In this document: positions 57,850-64,000 of the stretch, piece after piece
How the letters are laid out: each line of letters starts with the position of its first letter
How positions within the stretch are numbered: the first letter of the stretch is position 1
Notes under the pieces: generated by a model
What the model was told of the DNA's origin: nothing
Seen by the model: only the letters and a program-made list of their open reading frames with translations
Databases searched by the model: none
Made by a program: the position numbers and the translations under genes
Assembly: GCA_963777505.1 (NCBI GenBank)
Contig: CAVZQN010000007.1
Coordinates: 64,001-128,000 of the forward strand
Direction: 5' to 3'
DNA: 64,000 bases
Source: an uncultured bacterium
GTDB lineage: Bacteria; Acidobacteriota; HRBIN11; JAKEFK01

Positions 57850-59286
57850 TTATCGATCTGGTTGCGTCAAGTTCAAATAGACACTGATGGTGTGTGATAG
57901 ATAATTTGTAACAGCCAGATCGGCCTTAAGATCACCATTGAAATCGGCCGCAACAATTCGTTTGGGATCGTTACCTGTGTTCAAATTATAAGGTGGGCTG
58001 AAGCGAAGATTCCCTTGATTGATGACAACTGAAAGTTGTCCTGCAGCAAAATTAGAAAAAGCGAGGTCGATTTTGGAATCACCATTGAAGTCACCCGCTG
58101 CGATGTCAAAAAGAAAATCTGCAATACGAATTCTTTTTGGTGCAAAAAAATCTCCATTTCCTTTACCGCGTAGAATCACAATGGAATCCTCGCCGATTGT
58201 GGCTATATCCGGTTTTCCATCACCAGTCAGATCAGCGGCAACAAGATTTTCAATCGAAACTGGAATCCGTTTAAGGCGTTGCTGGTTTAAGCCTGAAGTT
58301 CTGTTGCCTATATATATGGATACTGATGCAACAAAATTGCCGACAATCACATCGTCTAACCCATCGCTATTTAGATCGGCAACCGCGGCCGATTTGGGTG
58401 TATCGCCTGCGGCGAGTGAATGGGCTGGCTGAAACGTTCCGTTACCATTTCCTAAGAGCAATTGAATTCCATTCGTGTCGCGAGTCACGGCTACAAGGTC
58501 AGGCCGGCTGTCACCGTTGAAATCTCCAGAAGCGACAACCCAGGCTGGAGCTGGCAGGGCAACGCGCACGGGATTTCGAAAATTCAACCCGCCAGTCCCA
58601 GCTCTGATGATTATTTCACTCGCATTGCGGTTGCCAAGAGCAAGATCTAGTTTTCCATCGTTGTTGAAATCATTAGAGTTTACCAGTGCCGATGCAAATT
58701 CAGGTTCTCTTAATTTTCGTACTGAACTCAGTTTCCCACCTGGAATCGTGCGGAATAGAAGCGTGTAATAATCCCCATCGGTTCCCACGGCAAGATCTGC
58801 CCGGCCGTCGCCCGTGAAGTCTGCTGCAACAATACCTTCCGGATTAAAAGACCGCGTTGTGTACTGCTTGTTTCCGAAATCAGTCTCTGCTCCCGGAGGC
58901 GGTTCCTCATTCTGACGAATCACCGAAAAGACTGCAGGAAATGATAGAGCTGAAAGACCGATCCGAATGAAACGTGTACCGGAACTCGCCGAAGATGAGA
59001 TCGTGATGGCTGCACGGATTGCGTCCACCTCAACATTGTCGCCGTTTACATTCAGAATCTCGGAAGGAAGAGCCTGAATGTTTTGAACTGTGATGCCTGA
59101 GCCGAAGTTGACTTGAGATGGGGATAGTGCCTCTGGAATCGCAAGTCCCTTGATAACCACCTCCAGTGACTGCCCTGCGGTGCCAACACTGGGAACAGCA
59201 CCAAGCAGAATTGTCACTTGTGCGGTTGCTTGCGAAGCACTCAGAGAAACTAGAAAAAACAAAATCGGCAAGAACTTGTTCATCAA
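57850..59286 (-). CDS. Secreted FG-GAP/VCBS repeat beta-propeller protein
   Basis: Signal peptide, Ig-like N-domain, seven xD(F/L)(N/T)xDxxxD repeats. Confidence 0.88.
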   Translation of the reverse strand: MMNKFLPILFFLVSLSASQATAQVTILLGAVPSVGTAGQSLEVVIKGLAIPEALSPSQVNFGSGITVQNIQALPSEILNVNGDNVEVDAIRAAITISSSASSGTRFIRIGLSALSFPAVFSVIRQNEEPPPGAETDFGNKQYTTRSFNPEGIVAADFTGDGRADLAVGTDGDYYTLLFRTIPGGKLSSVRKLREPEFASALVNSNDFNNDGKLDLALGNRNASEIIIRAGTGGLNFRNPVRVALPAPAWVVASGDFNGDSRPDLVAVTRDTNGIQLLLGNGNGTFQPAHSLAAGDTPKSAAVADLNSDGLDDVIVGNFVASVSIYIGNRTSGLNQQRLKRIPVSIENLVAADLTGDGKPDIATIGEDSIVILRGKGNGDFFAPKRIRIADFLFDIAAGDFNGDSKIDLAFSNFAAGQLSVVINQGNLRFSPPYNLNTGNDPKRIVAADFNGDLKADLAVTNYLSHTISVYLNLTQPDR

Positions 59287-59474
59287 TCTACTCCTATGAA
59301 ATCTAAAATCATTAGCAATCAGAATGCCATCTATAGTTTCGAGTTATGGATTCACTCCTAATTCCAGAAATGTCCATCTGAGGGACATGTTTGTCTAAAT
59401 CTGTCCAGATATCTTCTGAAGTTGACACTTCTTCTTGGCATCGCCGATAATCTCTTGTAGTTTCCGTTGTCTTC

Positions 59475-62366
59475 ATGGATTCAAGACTGAACTCTAAACC
59501 ACCCGACAAAAATTCAGCAGATCAATCAAAGCGGATTCAAGAATTGATTTATAAGACTCAACAGTTCGTCTCTGATTTGGAACAGGAAGAAGATCCGGAG
59601 AATCTTGATTCAACAGCCACTACACACCGGTACGAAATCCAGGGCCTTATTGGTTCCGGAAGCATGGGAAATGTCTTCAAAGCCTACGAGCCAAAATTGC
59701 AACGATTGATTGCTTTGAAGTTTCTTCGAAAAGATGATCCGGAAATGTTGTCGCAATTTCTTCGCGAAGCAAGACTTCAAGCACGTGTTGAGCACGAACA
59801 TGTGTGCCGAGTTTATGAGACGGGAGAGATGAACGGTCAACCCTACATTGCTATGCAGTTTGTAAACGGATTGCAGTTAACAGAAGCCGCATTGAAGATG
59901 ACGCTGGAAGAAAAGCTTCTAGTGATGAAGAAAATTGCGGAAGCAGTTCACGCTGCCCATGCGCAAGGGTTGATTCACAGAGATCTAAAGCCGGCAAATA
60001 TTCTTGCTGAAGATCGAGTGGAAGGCTGGCATCCCTATGTAATGGACTTTGGTCTTGCGCGGGATCAAGAGCATCCAGGCGCAACACGAACTGGCATCAT
60101 TGTTGGATCTCCTTCTTACATGGCGCCTGAACAAGCACGCGGGGAAATACGAAGTCTCGATCGCAGGACAGATGTCTATGCGATGGGTGCAACGCTTTAC
60201 GAATTGCTTAGCGGTGTTCCGCCGTTCCATGGAGCAAGTGGTTCCGAAGTTATAATCAAAATTCTTCAACAAGACGTCGTTCCATTAAGGCGCAAAAATT
60301 CTTCGATCCCTCGCGAAATCGAAACAATCGTGATGAAGTGTTTGGAAAAGGATCCGGCACTCCGCTATCCATCTGCTCGTGCGTTGGGAGAAGATCTCGA
60401 TCGCTACCTAAAAGGAGATCCAATTGCCGCACGCCCGCTTGGCTGGCCGGCCAAACTACACAGAACTGCGCGAAAACATATGCTCGTTACTGCGACTTCA
60501 ACAGTCGCCATTCTGAGCATTGCATTGTTTTCTGGTTTATGGCTCCGCGAAAAATGGCATTCGATTGAGCAAGCGAGGCTAGCGCAATCCTTCGGTCAGG
60601 AGGCAAGTGCTATTAAAAGTATTTTGCGATCCGCATACACATTGCCTTTGCATAACTTGACGAATGAAAAAGCAATCATCTATTCACGAATTAAGGAAAT
60701 GGAGTCAATGATACAGAAATCCGGAGCTCGGGCGCGGGGTCCAGGATTACATGCGATCGGAGAAGGTTTACTGGAGCTGGGCGAATACAAGCAAGCAAGA
60801 ATAAAGTTGGAAGAAACCTGGAAATCAAATTATCAAACTCCAGAAGTTGCTCTGGCTTTGGGCCGCACACTCGGTCATCTGTACGAGATTGAAATGAAAA
60901 AGGCAAATGAACTTAAGGACAGCGAGAGAGAGAAACAGATCCAATTCCTGGAAAAGCAATTTCGTGATCCTGCGCTTCATTATTTAAATTTGTCTGAAGG
61001 TGCAAAAACTGAATCACCTGCGCTATGGAAAGGCTATATAAACTTTTATGATCATCATTATGCGGAAGCTTTAGAAAAAACCCGTCAGTCAATGCAGCAA
61101 GTACCCTGGTTCTATGAGGCATGGATGCTTCAGGGAGATATACAACTGGCTATTGGAATTGAAAATCAACGAAAAGAACTATGGGAACAATCTTTACAAG
61201 ATTTTCATGAAGCTTCAAATGCGTATCGCATCGCCTTAAATATCGCACGCAGTGACCCCCGGCTCTATCAAAGAGATTGCGAACGTGCGATTCAAGTGAT
61301 TGAAGTAAAAACAAAAATTGAAAGGTCTTTTCCAGACATTGGTGAAGTGGAACTAAGCTCCTGCGATCAGATGGCTCTGCTAGATCCGAATTGGTCTGAA
61401 GGTTACTTTCAAAAATCCCGTATTAATTTCAGAATTGCAAGCGCCCGCACAAATCGCGGTTTGGATGCCGATGCATGGTTTTATAAAGCGATCGATTTTG
61501 GAAATGAGGCGATAAAAAGGAATCCTGCAGATTTGAATCTGCTCGACTTCGTTTCTCTCTCTTATGCATGGCTCGCTCACCTGGAAACTGAAAAGGGCCG
61601 GGATCCCACACCAATCCTGAAAAAGTTAATAGAATCTGCACAAAAGCAAAAAGATTTTCATATGACCGCTGTCGCTCATCATCAGATGGGGCGTTATCAA
61701 ATGCAGATCGGAATAAATCCTATGCCTGATTTCAATGCTGCACTAAAAGAATTTGAACAAGCAAAAATGGATAATCCAAACTCCATGGAACACTACAATG
61801 GTCTGGGGCGGGTCAGGACTTCAATGGCTGAATATCTAATTGCTCAAGGAAAAGATCCAAGCGAGCTTATCAAAAAAGCGATCAGCGATTTTGAAAAAGT
61901 AGCCGCCAGCTTTCCGAGATATCCTGATCCCCACAATTACCTAGCCCGCGCATTTAATATTCAAGCGTTGTTTGAAATTTCGCGTGGGACACACGTTGAA
62001 GAATTGATCCAGAATGCGATCTTCCATGCAAACAAGTCAGCAGAACTCGATCCTCATCAGGCCGAAGCTTATCTTGAACTAGGACAGGCATTCATTCTTA
62101 AGGGCAAGACCTCACGCGGAAGCATTGCTACATCAAACTGGACAAAGGCACTGGAAGCGTTAGAGAAGGCAGTTCATGAAAATCCAAATCTAGTGGACGG
62201 ATACTTAAAAGCTGCTGAAACACATTTGCTATTAGCAGAAATGAATGCAGGAAACAAAATACGCTCAGGAGAAGAGCGTTTGCAAGCACAGATTCTGCTG
62301 GAAAAAGTATCTTCCTTAAGTCCCAATCATCCTGAATTGCGTCGCATCAAAACTCGCCTGGAGTGA
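59475..62366 (+). CDS. Membrane Ser/Thr kinase with TPR ectodomain (same family as 21865 and 25254)
   Basis: GSGSMGNVF, HRDLKPAN, DFG, YMAPEQ; TM; FGQEASAIKSILRSAYTLPLHN juxtamembrane motif shared with the other two. Confidence 0.9.
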   Translation: MDSRLNSKPPDKNSADQSKRIQELIYKTQQFVSDLEQEEDPENLDSTATTHRYEIQGLIGSGSMGNVFKAYEPKLQRLIALKFLRKDDPEMLSQFLREARLQARVEHEHVCRVYETGEMNGQPYIAMQFVNGLQLTEAALKMTLEEKLLVMKKIAEAVHAAHAQGLIHRDLKPANILAEDRVEGWHPYVMDFGLARDQEHPGATRTGIIVGSPSYMAPEQARGEIRSLDRRTDVYAMGATLYELLSGVPPFHGASGSEVIIKILQQDVVPLRRKNSSIPREIETIVMKCLEKDPALRYPSARALGEDLDRYLKGDPIAARPLGWPAKLHRTARKHMLVTATSTVAILSIALFSGLWLREKWHSIEQARLAQSFGQEASAIKSILRSAYTLPLHNLTNEKAIIYSRIKEMESMIQKSGARARGPGLHAIGEGLLELGEYKQARIKLEETWKSNYQTPEVALALGRTLGHLYEIEMKKANELKDSEREKQIQFLEKQFRDPALHYLNLSEGAKTESPALWKGYINFYDHHYAEALEKTRQSMQQVPWFYEAWMLQGDIQLAIGIENQRKELWEQSLQDFHEASNAYRIALNIARSDPRLYQRDCERAIQVIEVKTKIERSFPDIGEVELSSCDQMALLDPNWSEGYFQKSRINFRIASARTNRGLDADAWFYKAIDFGNEAIKRNPADLNLLDFVSLSYAWLAHLETEKGRDPTPILKKLIESAQKQKDFHMTAVAHHQMGRYQMQIGINPMPDFNAALKEFEQAKMDNPNSMEHYNGLGRVRTSMAEYLIAQGKDPSELIKKAISDFEKVAASFPRYPDPHNYLARAFNIQALFEISRGTHVEELIQNAIFHANKSAELDPHQAEAYLELGQAFILKGKTSRGSIATSNWTKALEALEKAVHENPNLVDGYLKAAETHLLLAEMNAGNKIRSGEERLQAQILLEKVSSLSPNHPELRRIKTRLE

Positions 62367-62411
62367 GCCCTAACAAAACGCCTTAGCTTCTGATTGTCCA
62401 CTAATGTCCAG

Positions 62412-62438
62412 AAGGATGTCCGGCTGATGGACATCCTT
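62412..62438. promoter_or_regulatory. Perfect inverted repeat (activator site or terminator)
   Basis: AAGGATGTCC-N7-GGACATCCTT, preceded by two more TGTCC copies at roughly 10-11 bp spacing. Confidence 0.45.
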
Positions 62439-62475
62439 GGCCTTTCTTGCAATTGATCACGTGCAGGAAAATCTA

Positions 62476-62491
62476 CGGCATCTGATTTGCA
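62476..62491 (+). promoter_or_regulatory. Sigma54 -24/-12 promoter
   Basis: CGGCAT-CTGAT-TTGCA: GG-N10-GC, 25 nt before the ATG at 62517. Confidence 0.65.
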
Positions 62492-62516
62492 ATCCTGGGA
62501 TCCGGAGGAAAAAACA

Positions 62517-64000
62517 ATGAGCATACCCCCTCTTGGAACCCAGGTAATTCAATTCAATCCGAATGCACCACCGCAAACCGATCCGCATGTAAGCGAGATT
62601 CAGCAGGCGCTGAATGCAATTGCAGGCGAAAGTTTTTTACCGGAAAGTGGAGTCTTCGATCGCGCTACTCAACAAGCTGTCGAAAATTTTCAGCGACAGC
62701 ACCATCTTCCAGCAACCGGGACTATTGATCAGCGGACTTTGGATGCTGTCGAACGCAATCGCATGTCACAAACACAGCAACAATCTCCTGCTCCTGTGCT
62801 GACTCCACAAGAACGAAACCAGAGAACGTCGGAATTTCAATCGCAGGAACAATTGCAGCGGAATCGACTCGAACAGCAGCTTCAAAGTCCTGGTAATGGA
62901 AATCAGAATGTGGACCAACGCGAACAGTTGGCCGAAACAACGGCAGAAAATTTAAGAATGCGGATTGATCCAAGCCAAAGAAGTAGTTTTGATCGAATTG
63001 AAGCAGCAAATAACGAAGCAGAATCGGGTGGCGCATTTGTTACTTCAAGACTTGCAACAACGGCTGGAGAACCAGCTTCCAGAGGTAGAGGTCAAATCCT
63101 GGTGCCTCAACAAGTCGAGGCCACGAGCAACGGACTCACGAATAGAGAAAATCCAGAAGTCCAGCAAACCCTTAGGCAAATTACATCCGTTACTCCCGAG
63201 GCGCTGAATCAAATGAATAATCGCGGAAATGCAGCAATGGCCTGGTACAATCTAACGGCATCAAATAGAGGTGTCAATTCAGTTACGGTTCAGAATAGTG
63301 GACTATCTCAGCAGCAAACGACTCAAATTCGCGAGTTAGCAAGCCAGGGACGAAGTCAAGAAATTCTAAACAATCCGGATCTCGTCCGAACATTTGAAAC
63401 AACAACTGGACTTCCGCGGACAGAATTGCAAACGATGTTAGATTCACGTGGCTTGAATACCAACGCTTATGAAACTGAATACCGTGAAGCTCATAATCGT
63501 TTGAGACCACATCAAAACGAATATACACGCGAGATCCGCCAGACCCAACAAGACCTCATGGGTGAATTCCGCACAGGTCTTAGGGAACACACAAGTGAAC
63601 GAACACAAGCGGCCAGACGGAATCATACAATCGATGAGATGGGACAACGACATCAGGAAATCCAGCAAGTCCTTGACAGAGAGCCAAGCCTTCGCAATCA
63701 ACCCGAACGTCTTTTTCGAGAAGTTGCAGCGTTACGCACTATACGTAATCCTGCTCATCCAGAATTAAATTCGATTCCTGCGGAACCAGGACGAATGGTT
63801 CGCCAACTTGTGCCCGCAGGACCAGGACCAGCTTCCGATAACAATATTGCTTCAGGACTGGTGCGTCACGCAGCAGCTGCGGAAATTACTGCGCGTCATC
63901 CGGATCTTCAATCTCTACTCAATGCACATCCGGAGGCCAGCAATCGTATTCGACTCGGCGACATCGCTGCCTATTCCGAGCATAACCGTATCAATGAAAA
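62517..64000 (+). CDS. Peptidoglycan-binding domain protein, Gln/Arg-rich, 3' truncated (absent from ORF track because it has no stop)
   Basis: GGAGG RBS; MSIPPLGTQ..VSEIQQALNAI..ESGVFDRATQQAVENFQRQHHLPATGTIDQRT (PG_binding_1); I read the frame open to the window end. Confidence 0.8.
   Translation, partial: MSIPPLGTQVIQFNPNAPPQTDPHVSEIQQALNAIAGESFLPESGVFDRATQQAVENFQRQHHLPATGTIDQRTLDAVERNRMSQTQQQSPAPVLTPQERNQRTSEFQSQEQLQRNRLEQQLQSPGNGNQNVDQREQLAETTAENLRMRIDPSQRSSFDRIEAANNEAESGGAFVTSRLATTAGEPASRGRGQILVPQQVEATSNGLTNRENPEVQQTLRQITSVTPEALNQMNNRGNAAMAWYNLTASNRGVNSVTVQNSGLSQQQTTQIRELASQGRSQEILNNPDLVRTFETTTGLPRTELQTMLDSRGLNTNAYETEYREAHNRLRPHQNEYTREIRQTQQDLMGEFRTGLREHTSERTQAARRNHTIDEMGQRHQEIQQVLDREPSLRNQPERLFREVAALRTIRNPAHPELNSIPAEPGRMVRQLVPAGPGPASDNNIASGLVRHAAAAEITARHPDLQSLLNAHPEASNRIRLGDIAAYSEHNRINE

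Noticed and set aside
1-64000. Structural genes of a type III or type VI secretion apparatus, tRNA or rRNA genes
   Set aside because: None recognised in this window, so the secretion hypothesis depends on genes elsewhere in the genome.

Overview
A 64-kb bacterial chromosomal window. The gene repertoire (Ser/Thr kinase-TPR and kinase-PD40 receptors, a phosphorylation-type ECF sigma factor, FG-GAP and beta-propeller sensor proteins) suggests an Acidobacteriota-like organism, by inference only. I found no rRNA, tRNA, CRISPR, phage or transposase genes. Ordinary genes (MgtE, GT4, MetE-like, amidohydrolase, M20/S58/S8 peptidases, PotD, GNATs, RRM protein, a two-component pair) are interleaved with an accessory layer that has four parts. 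(1) A candidate RiPP-like operon at 37963-41625. Its 222-aa protein carries two amino-acid-identical but synonymously diverged copies of RFAPPYVPVGPVVMGDNI and is followed by a CX7CX2C B12-type radical SAM C-methyltransferase and a SAM methyltransferase. (2) A sigma54-preceded gene made of seven 33-aa repeats built on DGTSNTIFIGE. (3) A dispersed set of signal-peptide-less proteins with disordered Ser/Thr/Pro/Gln-rich N-termini, resembling type III/flagellar-type export substrates. Several share a helix motif and a GGnnAT-N16-CG(A/T)TA upstream motif. (4) Two paralogous pairs of a protein ending RS[IV]RA plus a SycD/LcrH-like TPR chaperone, each next to receptor Ser/Thr kinases; an ECF43-like sigma factor lies beside the first cluster. 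About ten genes carry single-base frameshifts that look like long-read assembly errors. All functional calls are from motif recognition by eye; no searches were run.
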